Shown piece after piece: positions 10,134-20,294 of a DNA stretch of 64,000 bases. A model generated the notes under the pieces. It was given only the letters and a program-made list of their open reading frames with translations, was not told the DNA's origin and did no database searches. The stretch comes from an uncultured cyanobacterium (GTDB lineage: Bacteria; Cyanobacteriota; Cyanobacteriia; Cyanobacteriales; Nostocaceae). Positions within the stretch are counted from its first letter, which is position 1. Each line of letters opens with the position of its first letter. The position numbers were made by a program, and so were the translations under genes. The stretch covers positions 864,001 to 928,000 of the forward strand of contig CAVUDP010000004.1 of assembly GCA_963740315.1 (NCBI GenBank), written 5' to 3'.

Positions 10134-13100
10134 GTGTTACTAACTTCTATCAAAACAAAGCTAAAACTTAACAGTCATCAAAAGATATTGATGTCAAAAC
10201 ATGCAGGTATTTCTCGGTTCACATATAACTGGGGGCTTGCAACATGGCAGGCATTATATAAAGATGGTTTAGCACCAAACCATTTAGTATTAAAAAAGTT
10301 TTTTAACAACAACGTAAAGCCAGTTTTAATTTGGATTAAAGAAAAAGGTATATGTCAGAAAGTAACAGAATTTGCATTTGATAGTTTAGGGAAAGCATTC
10401 AAAAACTTTTTTGAAAAACGTGCAGATTATCCGAAATTTAAGAAAAAAGGAATTAATGATAGTTTTTCAATAAATGCAGGTGGTAAACCAATACAAGTCG
10501 GTGGTAAGAAAATTAAGCTACCGACAATTGGTTGGGTATCAACCTATGAAGCTTTGCCGCATACCATAACTAAAAAGATAACAATATCGAGAAAAGCCTC
10601 GGATTGGTACATTTCTTTTTCTTATGAAATAGAACCCCAATTTACTAATAAAAAATACCAGTATGTGGGTATTGATTTAGGAATAAAGACCTTGGCGACT
10701 CTCTCAACAGGAATTACCTTTACTAACCCAAAAGCTTTAAGCAAAGCCAGAAAAAAGTTAAAGAAATTGCAGAGTCAATTAGTTTTAAAAGAAAAAGGAA
10801 GCAATCGTTATAAAAAACAGAAGCTAAGAATATCTAAACTACATCGATGTATTAGTAATATTCGTTTAGATTCAACCCATAAAGCTACAACTTTTATCTG
10901 CAAAAACCACGCGGTAGTAGCTTTAGAGGACTTAAATACTAGGGGTATGCTTAAAAATCATAAACTCGCTGGTGCAATCAGTGATGCTAATTTTTACGAG
11001 TTCCGTAGACAGATTGAATACAAAGTAGTTAGATATGGTGGAAAAGTTGTTTTTGTTGGTAGGTTTTATCCATCTACCAAAAAGTGTTCAAATTGTGGAG
11101 AACTCAAAGAAATTAGTTTATCCGAACGTATTTATGTTTGTGAAAAATGCCATCATACACAAGATAGAGATTTAAACGCAGCTAAAAAGTGCGATTCGTT
11201 CAGTCGAAACCGAGCAATCGGGGGATGACTGGCTTCTACAGGGTAATCCGCTAAGGATTGAGTTCGCACTTTAATCCCTTGTAGATGACAACTTCATAAC
11301 CTTACAGGTGAGCGTCAGTATCCTAGAAAACGTCAAGCCCTGTCCCCCAGACGTAGGGGTGAAAACATATCCCCCACTGTAGAGACTAGCCATCAATCGG
11401 TGAAGCGGGGATAAAAGCGGAAAGAGCTACTAGCCTATAAGTGGTATCCCGTGAGTAAGTTCCTATGGATAACGAAAGCTAAGTCATTGTTTGAATCATC
11501 GTTACTGCGAACCAGCGAAATAAGGCTTTATGCGCTGGGAGTCCCAAAAGGGCATTAGCCCCCAGGTGGTATGAGGATTTTTATCTACATACCTACGTTA
11601 CCTAAAAGCTCGGTGAAAAGATGGCATCCTAACAGAACAAACCAATGGTTATGAGGAACGAAGTAACTCACTTTATTACTCTCAAAGAGGTCGAATACTT
11701 TGAGTAGTCAGCTAAGACGAAAGCTCTGGATTAATCCAGGTAAAAGGTGAGAAAGATTGAGTCAGAAGCTAACGCCTTGCTGTAATTGTAAGGATATGCT
11801 GACGGATTCACGGTAATACGGAAGGTATAGCTACAAGTAGCAATGCATAAGTTATGAACACGGTATTACAACCGATGTATAGATGGGGCGATATTAACTG
11901 GCGGAAGCTAGAACGTAACGTCTTCAAGTTGCAAAAGCGGATATACCAAGCGTCTAATCGTGGTGATACCAAGTTAGTACGTAGACTTCAAAAACTGTTG
12001 ATAAATTCCTGGTCAGCAAGAGCGATTTCGGTACGTCGGGTAACTCAGGATAATAGGGGTAAGAAGACGGCAGGTGTGGATGGTGTCAAAGCACTGACCC
12101 CAAATCAACGTCTCATCCTGATAAACAAAATTGCACTGAGTTCAAAGGTCAAACCAACGCGCCGAGTTTGGATACCCAAGCCCGGTACAGAGGAAAAAAG
12201 ACCTTTAGGCATCCCAACAATGAAAAACCGAGCCAAGAAGAGCGTTAATCAAACTGGGGTTAGAACCAGAATGGGAAGCGCGATTTGAAGCTAACTCATA
12301 CGGCTTCAGACCTGGGCGCTCATGCCACGATGCGATTGGAGCAATTTTCCTTTCAATAAAAAGCAAATCCAAGTATGTCTTGGATGCTGACATCAGTAAA
12401 TGCTTCGACCGCATTAATCACGACGCACTTCTTTTAAAACTAAATACCTATCCAACCCTTCGGAAACAAATCCGAGCTTGGTTAAAAGCTGGTGTTATGG
12501 ACGGAAACAAACTATTCCCCACCACCGAAGGCACACCACAAGGCGGGGTGAGTGCGCTACGAGGCGCATGGTGGTATTGCTTAGTTTAATTAAACAAGGA
12601 GGTAATTGATTAAACAGTAAAAGCTGGTTGCTCACCCCAGAGCGCCAAGGCTGAGTCGGCAGGCGGGGGATAATGAGTAATAACCCGTTTGAAGCCCGAT
12701 GAACAAGGGACAAAACGCTGGCACTCCGTTACAGCGCAAGGTTTCGAGCCTGAACTTGACTATGACTACGTAAGAAACCTTTGTCAGAAGCGCCCACACC
12801 TTGGACGTACTGTTAAAAGACGGAGATGGTACGAGATATCAGGTAACTCAACCTTCTACCCGGTTGACGAAAAGGTCTTTAGATTCGGACTGAACCGCTC
12901 TAATTATAGGGGTATAAATTATCGGCTGGTATCGGGGACACTGGGTCTGTGTCTTATGGGCGTAAAGAAGGAGTCTAAGGTCAAATGCAATACATACCAC
13001 CATGTGAACGTAGGAAGCATGATGGTTGGTCTTTACGAAGACTGGGCTAACTTGCGGCTAATGTAGCCATCATGTGGCAGAGCCGTCGTAGTAGTTGGAG

Positions 13101-16100
13101 CCAGATAAGGTCTGGCACATGGCGAAGGACGGCAGTCATTGCGAAAGGAACGGTACAGGGAACTAGAGAGGACTAAGATGTATGTCCGATATTATCAAAA
13201 CCCAACGTAGCCTAGCCACAAAGGCAAAGCATAATCCTTTACATCAGTTTGACCATTTATATCGGTTAATCTGCCGAGAAGATTGGATACGCGCAGCCTT
13301 GAAATCTGTCCTATCAAATAAAGGGGCAAAAACTGCGGGAATTGATGGCGTGACTAAAAAGGAGCTTGTTTCAAATACGGCAAAAGATGAATTTGTCAGT
13401 AAGCTACAAGCCGAACTGCGTTCTAAGCAGTTCAAACCCAAACCAGTACGTCGTGTTTATATTCCCAAAGCCAATGGTAAGCGCCGTCCACTAGGTATTG
13501 CAACCCTCAAAGACCGAGTAGTACAAATGCTGTTGAAAATGGCACTCGAACCAATATGGGAAAGTGACTTTCTTAACTGCTCCAATGGCTTTAGACCAGG
13601 ACGCAGAACACAAGATTGCATAGCCATGAAGGACAGTTACATCAACAAACGTAATAAATACTTCTGGGTTGTTGAAGGGGATATTAAGGGAGCTTTTGAC
13701 AATATTCACCACGATATTTTATTAAAGCTCGTGGCGAAAAGAGTTGCAGACAAACGTCTTCTTAAGTTAATCGGATGTTTTCTCAAAGCGGGGATGATGC
13801 AAGGCTCCTTGTTTCATCGTACTGAAAATGGTACACCGCAGGGTGCCATTTGCTCTCCACTCTTGGCGAATATTTATTTACATCAACTGGATATGTTTTG
13901 GTGGAATAAATACGGAAGCCTTGACCGCAAGCAAAAAGAGAAACGCCGAACGCAACGTTTGGGTAACTGTGCTTTGATACGATATGCAGATGATTGGCTG
14001 CTGTTAACTAATGGTAGCAAGGAAGAAGCATTTCGTTTACGCGAGGAGTTTCAAACTTTTCTCAAAGAAGAATTAAAGCTGGAACTCAACGTTGAGAAAA
14101 CGCGAGTTACCCACGTAAATAACGGGTTTAATTTCTTAGGCTTCCACGTCCGACGCTACGTTAGCGCTCATGACAAACCAAAAGTATTGGTTACACCTAC
14201 CCAAGAAGCTAAGAAACGCCTAAAAGCGAAAGTTAAGGAGATGACCAAGCGAAAACGGTTTAAAGACTCTCCTTTACTCAAGTTTAATGCTCTAAACGCA
14301 GTATTACGAGGTTGGATTGGCTACTACTGTCACTCTAATGCAAAGAAAACAGCTAAGGACTTGGATTTCTGGGTCAATGAACGCCTATTTCTTTGGTTGC
14401 AGAAACGACACCGCCTAAAACCTCGCCGGATTATGAAGATGTATAAAATGCGTCAGACTCATAAAAACGGACAACGAAATAACTTGGGAATTAGAAACGG
14501 AGAAGATTGCTTGTACTTATATCGTATGAGTGATAAACCGATAACTAAGTATCGGTCACGTTCTTTACCGAATCCGTATTTGGAAGGTTTTGAGCCTGCA
14601 ACATTCGTTAATCCTGAAGTCGCAATACCCGATAACGTCTGGCTCGGCAATGCTGATAACCATAAATGGCGCGAATTGAAAGAGGAGATAAAAGCAGAAA
14701 GAGGAGCCAAATGTAGTGTTTGCGGATGTACCAAGCATCTTGACTTGCATCATATGAAAGCACGTCGAACTGGTGGTACTGATGTCAAAGATAACCTACA
14801 ACTCTTATGTAGAAGCTGCCATGCTCAAACGTCTTCGTTTGGCGACCATAGTAGGTTGCAATGATGGAAAGCGAAGTGACGGGAAATTGTCACGCTTCGT
14901 TTGGAGAGAGGGATAGAGAAACACGCAGGTAGTGATATCTGAAGGTGCGCTCCGTCCCTACTCTATTATCACCTTTACTTGTAAATGTTGCCCTACATGG
15001 TCTTGAGGAACTGATTATGGGTTTAGCCCCAAAATTCGAGATGAAAAGAACGGATGGTTATAGAATGGGCATCCGAGATAAAATCAAATCGATTTCATGT
15101 ATCAGGTACGCAGACGATTTCGTAATCCTTCATGAGGACTTAGAAGTCATAAAACTGTGTAAATTAGAAGTTGAAAAGTGGTTAATTGGCATCGGGTTGG
15201 AATTAAAACCAAGTAAAACGAGAATATCCCACACCCTGAATAAAGTAAAAGGCGAAAAACCTGGATTTAACTTTTTAGGTTTCAACGTCAGGCAGTTTCC
15301 CGTAGGAAAGCACAACTCAGGAAGGAATAAAAGCGGATTACTAAGCTTTAAAACCATTATCACCCCTAACAAAGAAAGCCAGAAAAGGCACTATAGAAAA
15401 GTTGCAGAAGTAATAAACAAGTCACGCGGACTAAACCAAATGACTTTAATAATGAAACTAAACCCTATTATACGGGGTTGGTGCAATTACTTCTCTACGG
15501 TCGTAAGCCAAAAAGTATTTGAAAGGCTATGGCATCTAGTTGTCTGGAAGCTTTTGAAGTGGGGTCGCTACCGTCATAGAAATAAAGGCAGAAGTTGGAT
15601 ACGCCTTAAATATTTTAAAACTGTTGAAGGCAATAATTGGGTATTCGCAACTAGAAAAGGCGAAAATCCTCTAAGTCTAATACAACATAGCTCCACAAAA
15701 ATTACTCGCTATGTAAAGGTGAAAGGAAACGCTTCACCCTATGACGGGAACTGGTTATATTGGAGTTCAAGAATGGGCGTACATCCAGAAGTACCTGTAA
15801 AAGTGGCAACGCTACTTAAACGGCAAAAAGGGAAATGCGCTCACTGCGGTATCTACTTTAAAGATGAAGATGTACTCGAAGTTGACCACATTGTTCCAAA
15901 GTCAAAAGGCGGTAAGAACAAATACGATAACTGGCAACTACTTCATCGACACTGCCACGACACAAAGACCGCTAACGATGGCAGTCTTGGCAACAAATCT
16001 AACTGTAATAGTGTTAAGCCGAAGCCACAAGTCAAACCAGAACCTATGTTCTAACAAGACGATATGTTGGTAATGACGTATTGATGACAACAACCGTTTT

Positions 16101-16233
16101 ACCGAGGAGCGGAATGACGAGAAATTGTCACGTTCCGTTTTGGAGAGCAGTGGAGGAGGTGACTCCTTCACTGACTTTAATTTTAGAAAACTATGCGCGG
16201 ATGGCTAACCCGTGCCTGGATGTTGAGGGATAA
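10134..16233 (+). CDS. tnpB: TnpB endonuclease split by a group II intron: exon 1 10134-11188, exon 2 16182-16233 (368 aa when spliced)
   Basis: GIDLG, ALEDL, CSNC...CEKC; the spliced junction reads DRDLNAAK-N-LENYARMANPCLDVEG*. Confidence 0.92.
12552..14966 (+). mobile_element. group II intron (inner intron of a twintron)
   Basis: 5' GTGCGCTACG; domain V gaaAGCgaagtgacgggaaattgtcacgcttcgttt at about 14867-14902; 3' end CCCTACTCTAT; excision gives GGC GGG GTG A|TA TCA CCT = GGVISP. Confidence 0.93.
13182..14864 (+). CDS. ltrA: intact group II intron reverse transcriptase/maturase with HNH endonuclease
   Basis: KTAGIDG, RPLGIAT, GFRPGR, EGDIKGAFD, GTPQGAICSPLLANIYL, YADD, FLGF, CSVC...HH...NLQLLCRSCH. 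Confidence 0.95.
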   Translation: MSDIIKTQRSLATKAKHNPLHQFDHLYRLICREDWIRAALKSVLSNKGAKTAGIDGVTKKELVSNTAKDEFVSKLQAELRSKQFKPKPVRRVYIPKANGKRRPLGIATLKDRVVQMLLKMALEPIWESDFLNCSNGFRPGRRTQDCIAMKDSYINKRNKYFWVVEGDIKGAFDNIHHDILLKLVAKRVADKRLLKLIGCFLKAGMMQGSLFHRTENGTPQGAICSPLLANIYLHQLDMFWWNKYGSLDRKQKEKRRTQRLGNCALIRYADDWLLLTNGSKEEAFRLREEFQTFLKEELKLELNVEKTRVTHVNNGFNFLGFHVRRYVSAHDKPKVLVTPTQEAKKRLKAKVKEMTKRKRFKDSPLLKFNALNAVLRGWIGYYCHSNAKKTAKDLDFWVNERLFLWLQKRHRLKPRRIMKMYKMRQTHKNGQRNNLGIRNGEDCLYLYRMSDKPITKYRSRSLPNPYLEGFEPATFVNPEVAIPDNVWLGNADNHKWRELKEEIKAERGAKCSVCGCTKHLDLHHMKARRTGGTDVKDNLQLLCRSCHAQTSSFGDHSRLQ

Positions 16234-16304
16234 CTGCTCCCATGCTCCCGTTGAAACGTCAAACAATGTCTAGGCTTGTCTAGTCTTTGTATAGCAGGAT
16301 ACTC

Positions 16305-17411
16305 ATGAGTAATGTAATCCAAAATCAGTACACGCCAGATTACGTTTCTCCACCTGGAGAAACTCTTCAAGAAATTCTTGAAGAGCAAAGTATGACTCAA
16401 GCAGAACTGGCAGAGCGGACAGGAAGACCTAAAAAAACAATCAACGAAATTATTAATGGTAAAGCAGCAATCACTCCCGAAACTGCATTGCAATTAGAAA
16501 GAGTATTAAATATCCCAGCTAGTTTTTGGAATAACCGGGAGCAGCAATACCGCGAAGCTTTAGCGTTAGAAGAAGAACAAAATCGTTTGCAAGAACAAAT
16601 AACATGGCTTGACAAAATTCCGGTGAAAGCCATGATTGAGCTTAAATGGATTCAGTATTTTCAAGATAAGGTTGAGCAACTGCGAGAAACGTTGAATTTT
16701 TTTGCCGTAGCATCTCCTAAACAATGGGAAGAAATTTGGTCTAATACTAATACTGATTTCCGTAAATCTCAGGCATTCCAAAGCGATCCTGGTGCTGTAG
16801 CAGCTTGGTTACGTAGGGGAGAAATTGAAGCATCTGAAATTGATTGTGCAATCTACGATGCAAGCAAGTTTGAAGAAATACTACTACAAATTCGCGCTCT
16901 AACAGTGGAGCCACCAGAAATTTTTCAAAGAGAAGTGGTACGATTGTGCGCCGAATCGGGAGTAGCGGTGGTTTTTATACCGCAACTTCCCAAAACTTGG
17001 ACTAGTGGAGCAACTCGCTGGTTAAATCCTAATAAAGCGCTGATTCAACTCAGTCTACGTTACAAGACTGAGGATCATTTGTGGTTTGCTTTCTTTCATG
17101 AAGCTGGTCATATTCTTTTACATGGTAAACGTGATACTTTCCTCGAAGAGAAAAAGTTCATATCGACTCAAAATCAACACAAAGAGCAAGAAGCAAACAA
17201 ATTTGCTGCGGACATACTGATTCCACCTAAAGAGTTTGAGCTATTTCTGGCATCAGGACAACAACGCAAAAAGGCAGGAATTGAGCAATTTGCTACTAGA
17301 ATCGGCATTGCTCCCGGCATTGTTGTAGGTAGACTCCAACACGATAAAATTTTACAACCAAGTTATTGCAATGAATTGAAGCGTAAATTTGAGTGGGCAT
17401 CTAATAATTGA
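16305..17411 (+). CDS. higA: HigA-family HTH antitoxin fused to an ImmA/IrrE-type metallopeptidase domain
   Basis: PGETLQE..MTQAELAERTG..INEIINGKAAITPETA HTH; FFHEAGH (HExxH) and EQEANKFA; ATG 16305 overlaps the native higB end (CATGAGTAA). Confidence 0.9.
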   Translation: MSNVIQNQYTPDYVSPPGETLQEILEEQSMTQAELAERTGRPKKTINEIINGKAAITPETALQLERVLNIPASFWNNREQQYREALALEEEQNRLQEQITWLDKIPVKAMIELKWIQYFQDKVEQLRETLNFFAVASPKQWEEIWSNTNTDFRKSQAFQSDPGAVAAWLRRGEIEASEIDCAIYDASKFEEILLQIRALTVEPPEIFQREVVRLCAESGVAVVFIPQLPKTWTSGATRWLNPNKALIQLSLRYKTEDHLWFAFFHEAGHILLHGKRDTFLEEKKFISTQNQHKEQEANKFAADILIPPKEFELFLASGQQRKKAGIEQFATRIGIAPGIVVGRLQHDKILQPSYCNELKRKFEWASNN

Positions 17412-17664
17412 CAAATCAATTTAGCTGCAACAAAAGGGAAACACAAAAACGATGTTTTGGGTTCTAAATTCTACCAATCAATTACCTTGGTAATATTGCC
17501 ATACTCCTAAACTCTACAATTTTTTCTCTCGTCCTATTTTGTTAAAAGCATCGAAAAGCCTATGCTAGTTATGGGAGAAGTTTAATTTTCTAACTTCTAC
17601 CGCTTTTGTTTCTAATTCACATGAGGAATTAATAACAAAACTCTTTGCGTAAGGTTTTTTTATA

Positions 17665-18507
17665 ATGTCTATAACAGAACATAAAATAACAGTAGATTCA
17701 CTAGAATGGTTTTATCGGCAAGTAGAGCCAGTTGGCAGAAGCGATTTATTACCAGTTTTATTGCTACACGGTTTACCATCACAAAGTTATAGCTGGCGCA
17801 ATATCATGCCGGGATTAGCGCAGCAAGGTACAAAGGCGATCGCACCAGATTGGATTGGTTACGGTTTTTCAGCCAAACCAGAAAAAAGAGATTTTGCTTA
17901 CACCCCAGAAGCATATATAAAAGCTTTAGATGGTTTTATCGAAGCCTTGGAACTCGAACGTTTTTCCTTAGTAGTTCAAGGTTTTCTAGGTTCGGTTGGA
18001 TTGCAATATGCCCTAAGAAATCCCGATAAAATCGCCAGCATAATTATACTCAACACCCCAATTTCATCTTCAGCTAAATTACCTTGGAAAATTAAACAAA
18101 TGGGTTTACCTTTAGCAGGTGAAATGATGACGCAAGATCCTTTATTAGTTGACAGAACCTTAGAAGGTGGTAGCCGTTACGTTATTAAAGATAAAGATTT
18201 AGATGTGTATCGCAAACCCTATTTAAAAGCTTCCGCGACGGGAAGAAGCTTATTAGCAACAATTCGGAATTTGCAGCTAAAAACTGCGATGGAAGAAATA
18301 GAAACTGGATTCAAAGAATGGCAAAAACCAATTTTGATTCAGTGGGGAAAAACCAATCCTTGGTTAAGTTTAGAAATGGCAAAAAAATTTGCTGACTCCG
18401 TACCCGATGCCCAAGCGATCGAACTCAACGACGTGGCACATTATGCTCAAGAACATCATTATGAAGTGATTTTAAAAGACTTGTTGCCCTTTGTACGTCG
18501 GAGTTGA
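17665..18507 (+). CDS. alpha/beta hydrolase (haloalkane dehalogenase-like fold)
   Basis: LLLHGLP, APDWIGYGFS and AHYAQE motifs. Confidence 0.82.
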   Translation: MSITEHKITVDSLEWFYRQVEPVGRSDLLPVLLLHGLPSQSYSWRNIMPGLAQQGTKAIAPDWIGYGFSAKPEKRDFAYTPEAYIKALDGFIEALELERFSLVVQGFLGSVGLQYALRNPDKIASIIILNTPISSSAKLPWKIKQMGLPLAGEMMTQDPLLVDRTLEGGSRYVIKDKDLDVYRKPYLKASATGRSLLATIRNLQLKTAMEEIETGFKEWQKPILIQWGKTNPWLSLEMAKKFADSVPDAQAIELNDVAHYAQEHHYEVILKDLLPFVRRS

Positions 18508-18512
18508 AGATG

Positions 18513-18770
18513 ATGGGGGGATGGGGGGATGGGGAGACAAGGGGAAAAGGAGATGGGGAGATGGGGAGATGGGGAGATGGGGAGACAAGGGGAGACAAGG
18601 GGACAAGGGGACAAGGAGATGGGAAGATGGGGAGAAATTACTAATTAATAATTCCTAACTCAATAAGGTTACTGAGCTTGTCGAAGTACTCCTAACTTGC
18701 CAATTCCCAATGCCTAATGCCCAATGCCCAATGCCCCATTCCCCATTTTTAATTTTTAATTTTTAATTTT
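18513..18770. repeat. STRR-type short tandem repeats
   Basis: Runs of ggggagat, ggggacaa, ccaatgc and aattttt. Similar tracts at 3143-3178, 4543-4650, 6900-6955, 7762-7809, 22681-22900, 25227-25297, 31973-32172 and 57318-57507. Confidence 0.85.
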
Positions 18771-19984
18771 TACGAAAAATCTTTCATATCAGCAGTGCGT
18801 AATGATATTTGCTGGGTGCGATTACCTCTTCGGACTTTTAACTGTAAATTTTGATTGACACCACTGTTTTCAACTATATTTAGCAATTCTTCGCCGGTAG
18901 AAATGGGTTTTCCATCAATCGCAGTAATTACGTCTCCTATACGGATACCCGCATCGGCTGCTGGGGAATTGGGTACAACTCTTCCTACCAAAATACCTGT
19001 TATTTCCGGTACTCGAATGGGAGAATTGGGACTAGCGTTGATTCGTCGTGCTTCTTGGGGAGTTAAATCATCCATTCCTATGCCTATGAAGGGATGAGCA
19101 ACTCTTCCGTTACGCTCTAATTCACTGGTAATTTGCTTGGCTTTGTCGATAGGAATCGCAAAACCGATACCTGTGGCATCGGCACGAATTGCAGTATTTA
19201 TACCGATAACTTCGCCTAATTCGTTTAATAAAGGACCACCAGAGTTTCCGGGGTTAATGGCTGCATCGGTTTGAATAAATTCCAAACGCTTTGAGGAAAT
19301 ACCAACTTGAGCGCTGGGACGTTTCAAAGTACTGACGATTCCCAAAGTTACCGTATTGTCAAAACCGAAGGGATTTCCTACAGCGATCGCCCAGTCTCCA
19401 ACTTGAACGTTACTCGACGATCCCAAGGGTGCAACGGGTAAATCGCTACCAGCGTTAATTTTTACGACTGCTAAATCGGTGACTTCATCAGCGCCTTGCA
19501 CTTTACCTTCAAACGTGCGTCCATCTTTGAGCCGAACCGTTACTTTATCCGCTTTATCAACTACGTGAGCGTTGGTTAAAACTAACCCGCTTTTGTCAAT
19601 AATGAAACCAGAACCCAAACCGCGTAATTCTTCAGGAGGTAAATTTCTAGGTAAAGAATCGCCGAAAAACCTCCTAAAAAATGGGTCTTCCATAAAAGCT
19701 TCGGGGACGCGACGGCTTACCTGACGTTCGGTATCAATACGAACTACCGCAGTTCCAACTCGATTAACCGCAGCCGTAACAAAACTACTATTTCCAATCG
19801 CGGCAGTTGCATTTGATGTTTGGGCTATCAATTGCGACGAGTCAACAGCGATCGGCGCGGGATCTGCTTGGGAAGGTAATACACCCATAGTATTAACACT
19901 TAGCAAAACCCCAATAATAATTGCGAATAAATGCGTGCTTAGTTGTCTTATAGACTTAGGTAAATATGTAAATTTCATCACCAA
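18770..19984 (-). CDS. HtrA/Deg-family serine protease with PDZ domain (HhoA/HhoB-like)
   Basis: GLGSGFII, LTNAHVV, DLAVVK, TDAAINPGNSGGPL, C-terminal PDZ. Confidence 0.95.
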   Translation of the reverse strand: MVMKFTYLPKSIRQLSTHLFAIIIGVLLSVNTMGVLPSQADPAPIAVDSSQLIAQTSNATAAIGNSSFVTAAVNRVGTAVVRIDTERQVSRRVPEAFMEDPFFRRFFGDSLPRNLPPEELRGLGSGFIIDKSGLVLTNAHVVDKADKVTVRLKDGRTFEGKVQGADEVTDLAVVKINAGSDLPVAPLGSSSNVQVGDWAIAVGNPFGFDNTVTLGIVSTLKRPSAQVGISSKRLEFIQTDAAINPGNSGGPLLNELGEVIGINTAIRADATGIGFAIPIDKAKQITSELERNGRVAHPFIGIGMDDLTPQEARRINASPNSPIRVPEITGILVGRVVPNSPAADAGIRIGDVITAIDGKPISTGEELLNIVENSGVNQNLQLKVRRGNRTQQISLRTADMKDFS

Positions 19985-20294
19985 GACCGTTTTTGCGATC
20001 GATTGTTAGTTATTGTTGACAATTAGATTTTAATATAGTCAGAAGTCGTGCTTACTGACATCACCCTGAAGTTTCGTTTCCTTAAGCCTTAATGCTTGGT
20101 TTGAGGAGATTAAACAAACCGTAGCTGCCGTTCAATTTATTAATGATGTTAGCAAAAATTGGGTTAGGTTTTTCTTTAGCGATCGAGCTAATACGTTTGT
20201 ATAAGGTAATCTTAGGATTGCAAAGACTATTCTGAGTGTTTGCCCTTTGCGTTAGGATGATAAATACTGCTTCAACCCGAATCATAAATAGCCC

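Larger units (their letters stand above)
11854..16054 (+). pseudogene. outer intron RT/maturase/HNH protein, interrupted by the inner intron (12552-14966) and frameshifted (+1) near 12236-12241
   Basis: RT0 KTAGVDG and RPLGIPT in one frame; LEPEWEARFEANSYGFRPGRSCHDA, DADISKCFD and GTPQGGV in the next frame; then ISPLL, YADD, FLGF, X domain and HNH (EVDHI..NWQLLHRHCH). Confidence 0.9.
11189..16181 (+). mobile_element. group II intron (outer; IIB/chloroplast-like class by appearance)
   Basis: 5' GTGCGATTCG; domain V gaggAGCggaatgacgagaaattgtcacgttccgttttg at about 16104-16142; domain VI ends ...ctttaAT at 16181; excision restores the tnpB frame. Confidence 0.93.
9924..16297 (+). mobile_element. 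non-autonomous IS607-type tnpB element, carrying two nested group II introns
   Basis: Removal restores higB; AG dinucleotide at both junctions (gtagAG|ctac and atagcAG|gatac); subterminal inverted motifs tagacaagtctatacat (9947-9963) and atgtctaggcttgtcta (16266-16282) match at 15/17; no tnpA. Family assignment rests on end structure and my recognition of the TnpB type. Confidence 0.85.

Noticed and set aside
12632..12638. TCACCCC as EBS1 of the inner intron (complementary to exon GGGGTGA)
   Set aside because: Only 80 nt into the intron and able to pair internally with gggg..tgag at about 12665-12677; not accepted without folding
12689..13066. 125-aa ORF and other short ORFs in 12205-13066
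   Set aside because: They lie in intron RNA domains I-III or antisense to the RT and show no protein motifs; 12380-12551 is part of the outer RT
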